A DNA stretch of 64,000 nt from Planctomycetota bacterium (lineage in GTDB: Bacteria; Planctomycetota; B15-G4): positions 64,001-128,000 of the forward strand of contig JBBQUR010000009.1 of NCBI GenBank assembly GCA_038212275.1, given 5' to 3'. The translations under genes were made by a program, and so were the position numbers. The notes below the pieces were generated by a model. That model ran no database searches, was not told the DNA's origin, and worked only from the letters and a program-made list of their open reading frames with translations. Position 1 is the stretch's first letter; each line of letters begins with the position of its first letter. Below are positions 42,554 to 52,929 of this stretch, in pieces.

Positions 42554-43845
42554 CCTCTCCGCACTGCGTCGCAACATGGCGCGCGTGCTGTCGTGTCTGC
42601 AGCCGGGTTCGGCGGTGCTCGCCGTCGTCAAGGCGGATGCCTACGGCCACGGCGCGGTGCCGGTCGCGCGCGCGCTGAGCGATCAGCCCGGTCTGTGGGG
42701 CTTCGGCGTCGGCGACAGCCAGGAGGCGCTCGAGCTGCGCGCCGCCGGCATCACCGCGCCGATCCTGATCCTCGGCACGATCATTCCCGAGGAAGAAGCG
42801 CAGGTCGTGAGCCACGACATCCGCGTGTGCGTGCACTCGATGGATCGCATCGCCACGCTGGAGGAAGAGAGCCGCCGGCAGGGGCGCCGCACGCGCGTGC
42901 ATGTCATGGTGGACACGGGCATGGGGCGGCTCGGGGCGCTTCCGGCGCGCGCGGCCGACCTCGCCCGGGCCGTGTCCTCCAGCCGCTGGCTCGAACTGGA
43001 GGGCATCGCGTCGCACATGTCGGCGGGGCGTCCGGGGCATCCCTTCACGGGCGTGCAGCGCGACCGGCTGCTCGGCGTGCTGGACACGCTCGAAGCGGAG
43101 CACATCAAGCCGCCGCTCGTGCACTTCGCGAACACCGCGGCCGTGCTCGGCGGCGAGGGCTGCAATCAGGCGCTCGTGCGACCGGGCATCTCGCTGTACG
43201 GCGTGCTCGGCCCGGACCTCACGCACCTCGCGACGGCGCTCGGCCTCGAGCCGGTGCTGAGCCTGCGCACGCAGGTCGTGTACATGAAGGACGTCCCGGC
43301 CGGCACGCCCATCGGCTACAACGGCACGCACGTCACGGCGCGCGCCACGCGCGTCGCCACGCTGCCCATCGGCTACAACGACGGGCTCGCGTACCGGCTC
43401 AGCAATCGCGGCCGCGCGCTGGTCAACGGCGCGTGCGCGCCGATCATCGGGTCCATCTCGATGGACTACACGATGCTCGACATCGGCGACATCCCCGGCG
43501 TGCGTGTCGGCGACACGGTCACGCTCATCGGCCGCGACGGCGAGGCGTTTATCGGCATCCCGGAACTCGCGAGCATCGTCGGCACGATCCCGTACGAGAT
43601 CTCGTGCTCGGTGGGCAAGCGCGTGCACCGGCTTTATGTCCGCGAGGGCCAGCCGGCACCCGGCGTCAGCGCAGCGGACGCTGCGGACGCGGCGGACGCG
43701 GCGCCGGACCTGGTCGAGGCCGCGGCGACGCCGCGGCGCGCTCGCGCCGGAAAACGCCTTGGAAAAGGCGCAAAGAAGAGCGGCGGGGCGGCCGGCGTGA
43801 ACACGGCATGAGGGCGGCCGTCCGCGCGCTCGTGAGGACCGCGGC

Positions 43846-44928
43846 GTGAGCCGGCTCTACGCGATCATCATGGCCGGCGGTTCGGGCACGCGCTTCTGGC
43901 CGGCCAGCCGCAAGGCGCGGCCCAAGCAGCTGCTCGCCATCGGCGGCGACAAGGCCCTGCTGGTGGAGACCTCCGAGCGGCTCGGTGAGCTCATTCCGCC
44001 CGCGCGGCAGTTCGTGATCACCAGCGCGCGCTATGCGCAGGCGGTGCGCGACCTGCTCCCGGGCGTGCCACCCGAGCAGGTCATCGGCGAGCCGGAGGGC
44101 CGCGACACGGCGGCGTGCATCGGTCTCGCGGCCAGGCTGCTCGCGCGGCTCGATCCCGACGCGATCGGCATCGCGATGCCGGCCGATCACGTGTTGTCGC
44201 CGCTGCCGGTTTTCCACGCTCACCTGCGCGCGGCGGCCGAAGCGCTCACGGTGCATCCAAACTCCGTGCTCGTCTTCGGCATCCGGCCCGACCGGCCCGC
44301 GACGGGCTACGGCTATCTGCGCCGCGGCGCAAAGCTCGGCAGCTTCGGCGGCTGCGAGGTCTCGCGGCTCGCGGCCTTCGTCGAGAAGCCCGACCGCGCG
44401 CGCGCCGAGGCGCTGCTCGCGCAGGGCGACCATCTCTGGAATGCCGGCCTCTTCGCCTTCAGGCCCGCGGCCATGGAGGCGGCCATCGGCCAGCACCTGC
44501 CCGCGCTGCCGCCCGGCCTCGACGCGATCGGCGCCGCGTGGCGCACGCCGCGCTTCGAGTCCGTGCTCGCCGAGCAGTACCCGAAGCTTCAGAAGATCTC
44601 CATCGACTTCGGCGTGATGGAGAAACTGCTCGACGCGCTGCTGCTCCCGTTGCCGCTGCAATGGGACGACGTCGGTGCGTGGGACGCGCTCGCGCGCCTG
44701 CTCCCCGCGGACGCCGACGGCAACGTCGCGCAGGGCCCACACGTCATCCTCGACGGCCGCAACCTGCTGCTCTCCGCAAGCGGCGGCATGATCGCGGCCA
44801 AGGGCGTGAGCGACCTCATCATCGTGCACACGCCCGACGCGACGCTGGTCTGCCGCCGCGACGACTCCGAGGGCGTGAAGGCGATCGTGGCCGAGCTGGC
44901 GCGTCGCGGCCTCGCCGCGTTCGAGTAG
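43846..44928 (+). CDS. manC: Mannose-1-phosphate guanylyltransferase
   Basis: MAGGSGTRFWP-x-SR, PKQ, EP-x-GR-x-TA, PADH, TGYGY, FVEKP, SIDFGVME, WDDVGAW. Confidence 0.93.
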   Translation: MSRLYAIIMAGGSGTRFWPASRKARPKQLLAIGGDKALLVETSERLGELIPPARQFVITSARYAQAVRDLLPGVPPEQVIGEPEGRDTAACIGLAARLLARLDPDAIGIAMPADHVLSPLPVFHAHLRAAAEALTVHPNSVLVFGIRPDRPATGYGYLRRGAKLGSFGGCEVSRLAAFVEKPDRARAEALLAQGDHLWNAGLFAFRPAAMEAAIGQHLPALPPGLDAIGAAWRTPRFESVLAEQYPKLQKISIDFGVMEKLLDALLLPLPLQWDDVGAWDALARLLPADADGNVAQGPHVILDGRNLLLSASGGMIAAKGVSDLIIVHTPDATLVCRRDDSEGVKAIVAELARRGLAAFE

Positions 44929-45029
44929 GCGCCGCGTTCGAGTAGGCGCCGAGTCCCGACGCCGAGTCCCGACGCCGAGTCCTGACGCCGAGTCCTGACG
45001 CCGAGTCCTGACGCCGAGTGCTGACGCCG
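44914..45029. repeat. Duplicated manC 3' end (17 bp including the stop) followed by about six 13-bp repeats GCCGAGTCC(C/T)GAC
   Basis: gccgcgttcgagtaggc x2, then gccgagtcccgac/gccgagtcctgac tandem. Confidence 0.9.
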
Positions 45030-45040
45030 TGGCGGCCGGC

Positions 45041-46036
45041 TCAGGTCCCGCCGTAGGGGTTGTAGCCCGGCGCGCAGTGCAGCAGGCCCCACGCAGCACG
45101 ATCCGCGTACGGGCTTGCAAGCCAGGCCGCGTTGGAGAAGCCTTCGATGCTGTCGAAGTTGCCGTCGTTGTCCGGGTCTTTCAGAAGGACCCATTCGGCA
45201 TCGATCGGCGTGACGCAAGCTTCCGTCGAGACCAGCAGATAGACGCGGCCGCCGGCGGCGCCGATGTCCCAGGCGCTCATGCTGGTCGTCCGCTTCAACT
45301 CCGGCGTCGTGGCCGACGAGCACACCAGTTTCGGGGTGCATGGCGCCGGGGACAGCAGATCCAGCTGATAAATCGCGGAGTTGCCGTGCGCCTGCAGGAG
45401 CAGGAAGCGCCCCTCGGGATCCGCGACGAGGCTGCGGATGTGTCTCAGTTCGGCGCCCGTGTACAGCATGCGGCGGCGTTCCGGCGGTGCGGCCTCGCGC
45501 GCCGGTGGAATCACGAAGTCGCCAGCGCCTGCGATGCCGGGCAGCAGCACGAGGGGCGGAGCCGGGACACCCACGGGGCCGACCGCGGGAGTCGTCGTGG
45601 GAGACAGCGCCGCGCGAAGCACGCGCGCCCCGCGCTGCGGCGGGAAGGCCCACTCCTCGATGAGGTCCGCGCCGTCTGCCTCCCGGATGCCGGCCACGTA
45701 GAGCACGTCGCCGCCGTCGCGGCCCGAGAGATCCGTGATGCGGAACGGGACGGAGAAAGTCGTTCTGGTGTCGAACCACGGCGACTCCGTCTCCGCGCGT
45801 TCCTTCGCCGTCCTCGTGAACGAGCGGCCGCCCACCGCAAAGTTGACGCCGCGTCGCGCGTTCTCGTCGAGTCCCGTGATCTCGCAGTGGCCGAAGTCGA
45901 CACTGAGCAGGTCGCTGGGAAAGTCGTCGTCGGGTGCCGGTGCGGCATGCGCTTCGCTGCGTGCGCATGCGATCAGCGCGACCAGGCAGGTCGCGCCGAG
46001 CAGCGCGAGGACGATGCGCTGTCCTCTTCGTGTCAT
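45041..46036 (-). CDS. Exported hypothetical protein
   Basis: Signal peptide (possible lipobox LIAC); beta-rich; C-terminal DPDNDGNFD Ca-binding-like motif. Confidence 0.65.
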   Translation of the reverse strand: MTRRGQRIVLALLGATCLVALIACARSEAHAAPAPDDDFPSDLLSVDFGHCEITGLDENARRGVNFAVGGRSFTRTAKERAETESPWFDTRTTFSVPFRITDLSGRDGGDVLYVAGIREADGADLIEEWAFPPQRGARVLRAALSPTTTPAVGPVGVPAPPLVLLPGIAGAGDFVIPPAREAAPPERRRMLYTGAELRHIRSLVADPEGRFLLLQAHGNSAIYQLDLLSPAPCTPKLVCSSATTPELKRTTSMSAWDIGAAGGRVYLLVSTEACVTPIDAEWVLLKDPDNDGNFDSIEGFSNAAWLASPYADRAAWGLLHCAPGYNPYGGT

Positions 46037-46073
46037 GAGCAGCCTCTTTCGAACGGCGCCCCCGCGCGCGCCG

Positions 46074-47372
46074 TCAGCTCACCGGTTCCAGGATTTCCAG
46101 CGCGACGACGTCCACGCGGCGGTCCACGACGCGCTGCACGGTGAGCACGATGTTGTCCTGGCGCAGCACTTCGCCCTGCTCGGGCAGGCGGCCCAGCGTG
46201 TTGAAGATGAAGCCGCCCAGCGTGTCCCAGTCGTCGCTCTCGGGGATGTCGATGGCGAGCGCGGAGTTGATCTCGTCCACGCGCATGGAGCCGGGCACGA
46301 CGGCGTGGCGCTCGTCCACGATGAGGATTTCCTGCGGCTCCTCGTCGATGTCGAACTCGTCGTCGATGTTGCCGACGATCTCCTCGAGCACGTCCTCGAT
46401 GGTGATCAGGCCCGCGGTGCCGCCGTATTCGTCCAGCACCACCGCGAGGTGCGTGCGGTGCTTGCGGAATTCCGCGAGCAGCTCGGTGACGAACTTGCTC
46501 TCGGGCACGAACCACGGCTGGCGCATGACGCGCTTGACGGGTTCCTCGCGCGCGATCTTGAGCAGGTCCTTCACGTGCACCACGCCGACGACGTGGTCCA
46601 CGCTGCCCTCGACGAGCGGGTAGCGGCTGCGGCCGGTGCGCAGCGCGATCTCGCGCGCCTCGCCGACGGTGGCGGTGATCGAGATCGTGTCCACCTCGGT
46701 GCGCGGCGTCATGAGCAGGCGCACTTCCTTTTCGCGCAGAGACAGGATCTGCTCGATCATGTCGGCCTGGTGCTCGGCGAGATGACCCTCGCGCTCGCCT
46801 TCCTCGACCGTGGCGAGGATTTCGTCCGCATACTGCTCGGCCTCCTGCTGCGGCTTGACGCCGGTGGCCACGCGCACGAGCCGGCGGAACAGGTCGATGG
46901 GCGGCGCGATGAGGCGTCCGAGCATCACGATGACCGGCATCGTGGTGCGCACCAGCACCTCGAGCGGGCCGAGCGACAACTCGCCCGGCAGCACGCGGCA
47001 GAAGAGCGTGATCCAGACGAAGGCCGCGGTGCAGGCCAGGACCACGGGCGTGGACGGGGCGGCGTCGGGCATCCAGTGCGGCAGCCATTCCTGCGCCAGC
47101 AGCACGAGCACCAGCACCAGCGCCATCTGGCTGGCGACGCGCAGCACCAGCAGCCCGGTCTCGGCGCTGCGCGACTGCGCGAGCAGCTTCTCGATGCGTT
47201 CGCGCTGCACGGGCCCCTCGCCCGCGTCGGCCAGCCGCGTGCGCGAGAGGCTCTGCCAGCCGTGCTCGAGGGCGGCCAGCAGCGCGCTCAGGAGCGCGAG
47301 CCCGACGGTCCACCAGATGCTGTGCGGCTGCTCCACGACGAAGAGCAGCGGGGCGACGAGGAGGCCGAACAC
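46074..47372 (-). CDS. Hemolysin/CNNM family protein (DUF21-CBS-CorC); start uncertain
   Basis: TM region; MTPRTE, SRYP, FVPESK, VLDEYGGTAGLITIEDVLEEIVG, TLGG. Confidence 0.9.
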   Translation of the reverse strand: MFGLLVAPLLFVVEQPHSIWWTVGLALLSALLAALEHGWQSLSRTRLADAGEGPVQRERIEKLLAQSRSAETGLLVLRVASQMALVLVLVLLAQEWLPHWMPDAAPSTPVVLACTAAFVWITLFCRVLPGELSLGPLEVLVRTTMPVIVMLGRLIAPPIDLFRRLVRVATGVKPQQEAEQYADEILATVEEGEREGHLAEHQADMIEQILSLREKEVRLLMTPRTEVDTISITATVGEAREIALRTGRSRYPLVEGSVDHVVGVVHVKDLLKIAREEPVKRVMRQPWFVPESKFVTELLAEFRKHRTHLAVVLDEYGGTAGLITIEDVLEEIVGNIDDEFDIDEEPQEILIVDERHAVVPGSMRVDEINSALAIDIPESDDWDTLGGFIFNTLGRLPEQGEVLRQDNIVLTVQRVVDRRVDVVALEILEPVS

Positions 47373-47585
47373 GTCCAGGACTGAGCTTCCAGCGGCACAA
47401 GGGCAGCGGCCGCGAGCGACGTCCCGGGCACTTCCCACGACGCGCGACCGAGTATAGACCTCGGCCTCGCCGTGTGCGAACGTGCCGGAATCAGCCGATT
47501 CCTGCGCCGAATCGGCTGTTGGCCCGACGTGGGCAGCGGCCCGGGGCCACCGGCTCCGACGCAGCGCGCGCTCCCGCGGTGAGGC

Positions 47586-48947
47586 ATGAAGGAAGACGTC
47601 GACCTGCTCGTGACGGACATCGCGGAGCTGGTCACGATGGCCGGCCCGGGGGGGCTCGCCGGCGCCGTGCAGCTCGGAACGCCGGCACTGCCGCCGACTC
47701 CCGGTCGAACGCCCACGCGGACGTCCATGTCGCCGCCGGCTGCCTCCGTCACGCCGCTGCGGGGCGCTGCCATGGACGACCCCGGCGTGGTGGCGCACGG
47801 CGCGCTCGCGATCCGCGACGGACGGATCGTCGCGGTGGACGAGGAGCACGTCGTGCGGGCCCGCTATGCCGCGCCGCGCACGCTGTCCGCGCACGGCGGC
47901 ACCGTCGTGCCCGGCTTCTGCGACGCGCACACGCACCCGGTCTTCGATGCCACGCGCGAGCGCGAGTTCGACATGCGTGCGCGCGGCGCGACCTACCAGG
48001 AGATCACGGCGGCCGGCGGCGGCATTTTCTCGTCCGTGCGCTCGCTTCGAGCGGCGTCGCGCGAGCGCCTCGCGGGGCTGCTCGCCGCGCGGCTCGACCG
48101 CTTCCTGCGGTGCGGCACGACGTCGATCGAGGCCAAGAGCGGCTACGGCCTCACGCTCGACACCGAGGTGCTCTCGCTGGAACTGCTCGCCGAAGCGGCC
48201 GCCTCGCACGCGGTGGACATCGACCGGACGTGCCTGGCCGCGCATCAGGTGCCGCCGGAATTCGCGCAGGATCGCGAGGGCTACGTGCGACTCGTCGCGG
48301 AGCGCATCCTGCCGGAGGTCGCGCGGCGCGGACTGGCTCGTTCGGCCGACGTCTTCTGCGACAAGGGCGCGTACACCGTCGATGAGGCGCGCACCGTGCT
48401 GCATGGCGCGCGCGCCGCAGGCCTCGCCCTGCGCGTGCACGCCGACGAACTGGCGCCGGTCGGCGCCGCGGAACTGGCCGGCGAGTGCGGCGCGCAGACT
48501 GCGGATCACCTCGTGCACATCAGCGACGCGGGCATCGAGGCGCTCGCGCGCGCCGGCACCGCGCCGGTGCTGCTGCCCGGCACCTGCTTCTCGCTGCGCC
48601 TGAAAAAGGTGCCGCCGGTGGGCGCGATGCTCGAGGCCGGCCTGCCGATCGTTCTCGCGAGCGACTACAACCCCGGCACGTCATACATCCCGTCGATGGT
48701 CGCCATCGTGGCCCTGGGCTGCAGCCTGCTCGGGCTGACCGTCGCGCAGGCACTGTGCGCCGCCACGCGCAACGCGGCCGCGACGCTCGGCCTGCCCGGC
48801 CCGCGCGGCGTGCTCGTGCCCGGCGCAGTGGCGGACATCGCAGTGCTGGATGTCCCCAATCACCTCTTCCTCGGTTACCAGTTCGGGTGGAACCCCGTGG
48901 TCGCGGTCATCAAGGACGGCCGCGTCGTCCACGAGCGCGCGAACTGA
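47586..48947 (+). CDS. hutI: Imidazolonepropionase
   Basis: PGF-x-DAHTH, GGGI, E-x-KSGYGL, DVFCD, HADEL, ADHL, SDYNPG. Confidence 0.95.
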   Translation: MKEDVDLLVTDIAELVTMAGPGGLAGAVQLGTPALPPTPGRTPTRTSMSPPAASVTPLRGAAMDDPGVVAHGALAIRDGRIVAVDEEHVVRARYAAPRTLSAHGGTVVPGFCDAHTHPVFDATREREFDMRARGATYQEITAAGGGIFSSVRSLRAASRERLAGLLAARLDRFLRCGTTSIEAKSGYGLTLDTEVLSLELLAEAAASHAVDIDRTCLAAHQVPPEFAQDREGYVRLVAERILPEVARRGLARSADVFCDKGAYTVDEARTVLHGARAAGLALRVHADELAPVGAAELAGECGAQTADHLVHISDAGIEALARAGTAPVLLPGTCFSLRLKKVPPVGAMLEAGLPIVLASDYNPGTSYIPSMVAIVALGCSLLGLTVAQALCAATRNAAATLGLPGPRGVLVPGAVADIAVLDVPNHLFLGYQFGWNPVVAVIKDGRVVHERAN

Positions 48948-49462
48948 TGCGACCCATCCACCGCTTGTTGCTGCGGCCGTCGCTGCCGCTCATCTACCTC
49001 TCGCTGGTGCTGCTGACTTCGCTGTCGTGCGCCGGCGCACCGCGTCGGCTGAGCTTCGATGCGGCGGCGTACGCGCCCTACGCGCAAGCGGGGACGTCCA
49101 CGGTCGAAGGCCGCGCCTCGGTGCAGGACGAGACGGGCGCCTGGCACGTCGCCGCCGGACGGGACATCCTGCTGCAGCCGGTGACGCCTTACGCGCAGGA
49201 GTGGTTCGACCGTGTCGTGCTCGGCGACGAAGAGCTGGAGCCCGGGGACCCCGCGCTCGTCGCCTTCGTGCACAGCGTGAAGGCCGACGACTCCGGCGCC
49301 TTCCGCTTCACGCAGCTCCCGCCGGGCGAGTACTTCCTCACCTGCCGCATCACGTGGGTGACGGCCGGACTGCAGAGCCGCATCCTCACCAGCGGAGCCT
49401 GGGCGCACGCCCGGGTCACCGTGCCCGCGGAGACGACGGTCAACCTGCTGCTCGGCCGCTGA
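48947..49462 (+). CDS. Putative lipoprotein with a prealbumin/carboxypeptidase-regulatory-like fold
   Basis: Lipobox-like SLSC; L-x-PVTPY...ADDSG-x-F-x-F-x-x-LPPGEYF. Confidence 0.75.
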   Translation: MRPIHRLLLRPSLPLIYLSLVLLTSLSCAGAPRRLSFDAAAYAPYAQAGTSTVEGRASVQDETGAWHVAAGRDILLQPVTPYAQEWFDRVVLGDEELEPGDPALVAFVHSVKADDSGAFRFTQLPPGEYFLTCRITWVTAGLQSRILTSGAWAHARVTVPAETTVNLLLGR

Positions 49463-49686
49463 CGCGCGTCGCGAAGGGTTCGCTCGTCGGACGGCGCTGC
49501 AGTGACCCGGAGCCCACACAGGTCGTCTCCCGAGCTGCCTTCTTCATTCTGGAGGTCGACACTCCGGGCATGAGAGCCGCACAATCGATGGACCGTGCCA
49601 TCTTCCCGCAGCGTGCTTCTGCCGAAGCTGCGCTGTCCGGCAGTCGTCTTCCAGTGCCTTCGCTTCACCCGTCTTCCCGAGGACCG

Positions 49687-50370
49687 ATGACTCAAGTCCC
49701 CACGACACGCGTCCTTCTGGTCCGGCACGGCGCGACGGAGCTGACCGCGGAGGACAGGTTTTCCGGAGCCATCGGCGCGGACCTTTCCAAGGAGGGGCGC
49801 TCCCAGGCCGGGCAACTCGCGGAGCGGCTCTGCCACGTCGGCATCACGGCCGCCTATGCGAGTCCGCTCAGCCGCGCCATGGAGACCGCACGGATCCTCG
49901 CTGCGCCGCACGGCCTGCCCGTCACCCAGCACGCCGAGTTGCGCGAAATCTCCCACGGACATTGGGAAGGACTGACCCGGCGTGAGGTCGAGCAGCGCTA
50001 CGGGGACGAGTACACCGACTGGGAGACGGACCCATTCACCTTCGCGCCGGAGGGCGGCGAGTCGGGCCTGAGCGTGCTCGCCCGGGCTCTGCCGGTCGTG
50101 CGCGAGATCGTGGTCGCGCACCCGGGCCAGACAGTCCTCGTCGTCTCTCACAAGGCGACCATCAGGATCCTGCTGTGCAGCCTTCTCGGTATCGACGCAC
50201 GCGGCTATCGCGACAGGCTCGATCAATCGCCTGCCTGTCTCAATGTCCTCGACTTCAAGGGCCCCGTGCGTGCGCGACTCATGCTGTTCAACGACATCTC
50301 GCACTATCGCGATCAGCCCCGCCACCCCGAGGCAAACCTCTCGACATGGTGGGATGCCGACCAGCCGTAG
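49687..50370 (+). CDS. Histidine phosphatase (phosphoglycerate mutase family)
   Basis: LVRHG-x-T, SPL-x-RA-x-ETA, LREI-x-x-G-x-WEG, PEGGES, VSH. Confidence 0.92.
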   Translation: MTQVPTTRVLLVRHGATELTAEDRFSGAIGADLSKEGRSQAGQLAERLCHVGITAAYASPLSRAMETARILAAPHGLPVTQHAELREISHGHWEGLTRREVEQRYGDEYTDWETDPFTFAPEGGESGLSVLARALPVVREIVVAHPGQTVLVVSHKATIRILLCSLLGIDARGYRDRLDQSPACLNVLDFKGPVRARLMLFNDISHYRDQPRHPEANLSTWWDADQP

Positions 50371-50390
50371 AGCGCCGTGAATGCGCGCCG

Positions 50391-51656
50391 TCAGGGAGTG
50401 ACGGCCTCCAGCGCGTTGCTCAACGACACGCCCTTCACGGCTGCCGCATCCTGCACGGCTGCCTGGAAGAAGAGCGTCGTCGCGGCGGGCACAGCGGAAG
50501 GCCACGTGAACGGAAGCGCCACTCCGCCCGAGGCATCCGTCCCCAGGTTGACGGCCAGCGTGAAGGGGAAGGCCAGCAGCGTCCCTCCCTTGAACGGCAC
50601 GGGCACGCTGGTGACGGACGCGAAGAGCAGCGCCTGGGACGATGTCGCTGCCGACGTCAGCACGAGGCTGTTCGAGGAGCCGACCGCCAGCGAACCGATG
50701 CCCGACAGCTTCGGTATGCCAGCGGCGCCCGCCAGCCCCGAGCCGAGGTCGGTGAAGACGAGGCAGGCCGCATCCCAGATGCTCGTGATCGTCGACGCGG
50801 TGGCGCTGCCCGCATCGTGCGGCAGGCCGTACATGTCCTCGAGCGTGCGCAGCACGCTGTAGTGATTGATGGTCTGCGCGTAGGCGCCGGGGATGACGCA
50901 GGCTCCGTGGAAGATCGTCGCGATCTGGTTGCCCGCCGACCCGTTGTCTTCGTCCCAGGTCACGATGAGCAGGCTGTTGTGCGCGCCGCACCAGTCTGCG
51001 TAGGCCCCGAGGTTCGCTTGAAGCCAGCTGTCTCCCTGGGCCACGCTCCCGTCGTGCATGTCGTTCAGCTGGTTGGGGATGACGAAGCTCAGCGTCGGCA
51101 GCGTGTCGAAGTTCGCTGCGGCCGGGAAGAATCCGGCATAGGGCACGTTGACCGAGGCCGGCAGTTTGTTCGCCGGCAGCGGGACGGTGGCGTCCTGCCA
51201 GTTGACCCAGGGGTTGTGCTTGCGCTGATACGTCGCTGGCGCGGAGCCGAACTTCGCGCCGTCGTAGCCGACCGAGGGCATCGTCTCCGAGTAGCCGAGA
51301 AAGCTCAGGCCCGACGCGAGCAGCTTGGCCCCCAGGTTGGGCGCCGTGAACTGGCTGTGCGGGTACACGCTGTCATCGGTCACGCCCTGCGTCGCGCCCG
51401 AGAAGAGCGCGATGTAGTTGCCCTGGCTGGGATGCGTGATCCCGAAACTCTGGGTCATCAGCGCGCCGTTGGCGGCGAGCGAGTTGATGTAGGGAGCCGA
51501 CGCCGACCCGATGATCTGCGAGGACGCGTGGTTTTCCTCGATCACGATGACGACGTGGTCGAAGCTCGGCACGCCGTTGTCGGCACGCACCCGGGATGCG
51601 GCCAGCATCAACACGAGGCCTGCGAGGAGATGGCCGGGGCTCTTCATGCCCGCCAT
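50391..51656 (-). CDS. Exported acid phosphatase/phosphoesterase (SapM-like) with the conserved C-terminal domain
   Basis: Signal peptide; DHVVIVIEENH, HPSQ-x-NY, RKHNPW, NDMHDG, TWDE, NHYS-x-LRTLE. Confidence 0.9.
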   Translation of the reverse strand: MAGMKSPGHLLAGLVLMLAASRVRADNGVPSFDHVVIVIEENHASSQIIGSASAPYINSLAANGALMTQSFGITHPSQGNYIALFSGATQGVTDDSVYPHSQFTAPNLGAKLLASGLSFLGYSETMPSVGYDGAKFGSAPATYQRKHNPWVNWQDATVPLPANKLPASVNVPYAGFFPAAANFDTLPTLSFVIPNQLNDMHDGSVAQGDSWLQANLGAYADWCGAHNSLLIVTWDEDNGSAGNQIATIFHGACVIPGAYAQTINHYSVLRTLEDMYGLPHDAGSATASTITSIWDAACLVFTDLGSGLAGAAGIPKLSGIGSLAVGSSNSLVLTSAATSSQALLFASVTSVPVPFKGGTLLAFPFTLAVNLGTDASGGVALPFTWPSAVPAATTLFFQAAVQDAAAVKGVSLSNALEAVTP

Positions 51657-51963
51657 CGTGACGGTTGGTCCCGATGATTGCGTGGAGATTCGGCGGATTC
51701 GGGAGCACGCGCGGCCGGTGGTGCACGCTCGGCCGATGGCGCACGCTCGGAGGGATGGGGCACGGGACCGCCGGGGCCGTTCGACGACGGGTGACGCGCA
51801 GGGGGCGCCAGGGCGGTGAAGCGGGTGTCCGTGGGGACCTGATGTGAGCGGGACGGGCCCAAGGGCGCGGTGACGCGCCGAAGGGCCTGGCTCATGTCCG
51901 GCTCATCCTCGGCCCCTTCGACAGACGCTCCGTTCGTGCGGCCCGCGAAGTGCGCGCTGCGGC

Positions 51964-51972
51964 TGCTATAGT
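51964..51972 (+). promoter_or_regulatory. Putative extended -10 (TGcTATAGT) upstream of ftcd
   Basis: Motif match ~50 nt before the GTG; GAGG SD upstream of the start. Confidence 0.5.
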
Positions 51973-52020
51973 CGCGCCTCCCCCGACACCGATCAGCTGC
52001 TCCCGCAGGCGAGGACCGCA

Positions 52021-52929
52021 GTGACTGAAGCGCTCATCGAATGCGTCCCCAATTTCTCCGAGGGACGGCGAGCACAGATCGTGGACGAGATCGTGGCTGC
52101 GATGGCCGGCGTGTCCGGCGTGTCGGTGCTCGACCGCACGAGCGACGCGAGTCACAACCGTTCCGTCGTGACGATGGTGGGCTCGGGCGAGAACCTCGTC
52201 GAGGCGGCCGTGCGGGGCGCCGGCGTGGCGGCGAAGCGCATCGACTTGCGCGAACATTCCGGCGAGCACCCGCGCATGGGCGCCACGGACGTCATCCCGT
52301 TCGTGCCGGTGGCGGGCGCGACCATGGCGCACTGCGTCGAACTGGCGCGCGAGTGCGGCCGGCGTCTCGGCGAGGAGCTGGGCATTCCCGTCTTTCTCTA
52401 CGAGGCGGCGGCGACCCGGCCCGAGCGCAGGAATCTCGCCAAGGTGCGCGAGGGGCAGTTCGAGGGCCTGCGCGACCTCATCGGCAAGGATGCGGCGCGC
52501 GACCCGGACTTCGGCCCGCGTGCCATCCACCCCACGGCCGGCTGCACGGCGGTGGGCGCGCGCAAATTCCTCATCGCCTACAACGTGAACCTCGCGAGCA
52601 ACGACGTCGCGCTGGCCAAGAGCATCGCGAAGGCGATTCGCGAGAAGGACGGCGGCTTTCCGTGCGTGAAGGCCATGGGTTTCCACCTCGCCGACACCGA
52701 CCTCGCGCAGGTCTCGATGAACATGGTGGACTACGAGACGACTTCGCTGCTCACCGTGTACGAGGCCATCGAGCGTCTCGCCCGCGAGGCCGGCGTGGAG
52801 CCGCTGGAAAGCGAACTCATCGGCCTGGCGCCCGCCGCCGCGCTGCCCGACGCCGTGGCGCGCCGCGTGAAACTGCGCGACTTCAACCCGGCGCAGCAGA
52901 TCGTCGAACGCCGCGCGGGGCTGGTCTGA
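52021..52929 (+). CDS. ftcd: Glutamate formimidoyltransferase (stand-alone FT domain)
   Basis: IECVPNFSEGR, HNRSV, HPRMGA-x-DV-x-PFVP, PDFGP, GAR-x-FLIAYNVNL, QVSMN, SELIGL. Confidence 0.93.
   Translation: MTEALIECVPNFSEGRRAQIVDEIVAAMAGVSGVSVLDRTSDASHNRSVVTMVGSGENLVEAAVRGAGVAAKRIDLREHSGEHPRMGATDVIPFVPVAGATMAHCVELARECGRRLGEELGIPVFLYEAAATRPERRNLAKVREGQFEGLRDLIGKDAARDPDFGPRAIHPTAGCTAVGARKFLIAYNVNLASNDVALAKSIAKAIREKDGGFPCVKAMGFHLADTDLAQVSMNMVDYETTSLLTVYEAIERLAREAGVEPLESELIGLAPAAALPDAVARRVKLRDFNPAQQIVERRAGLV

Noticed and set aside
44914..45029. Possible CRISPR array (also 11333-11402 and 42132-42230)
   Set aside because: Units of 8-17 bp are directly adjacent with no unique spacers; no cas genes
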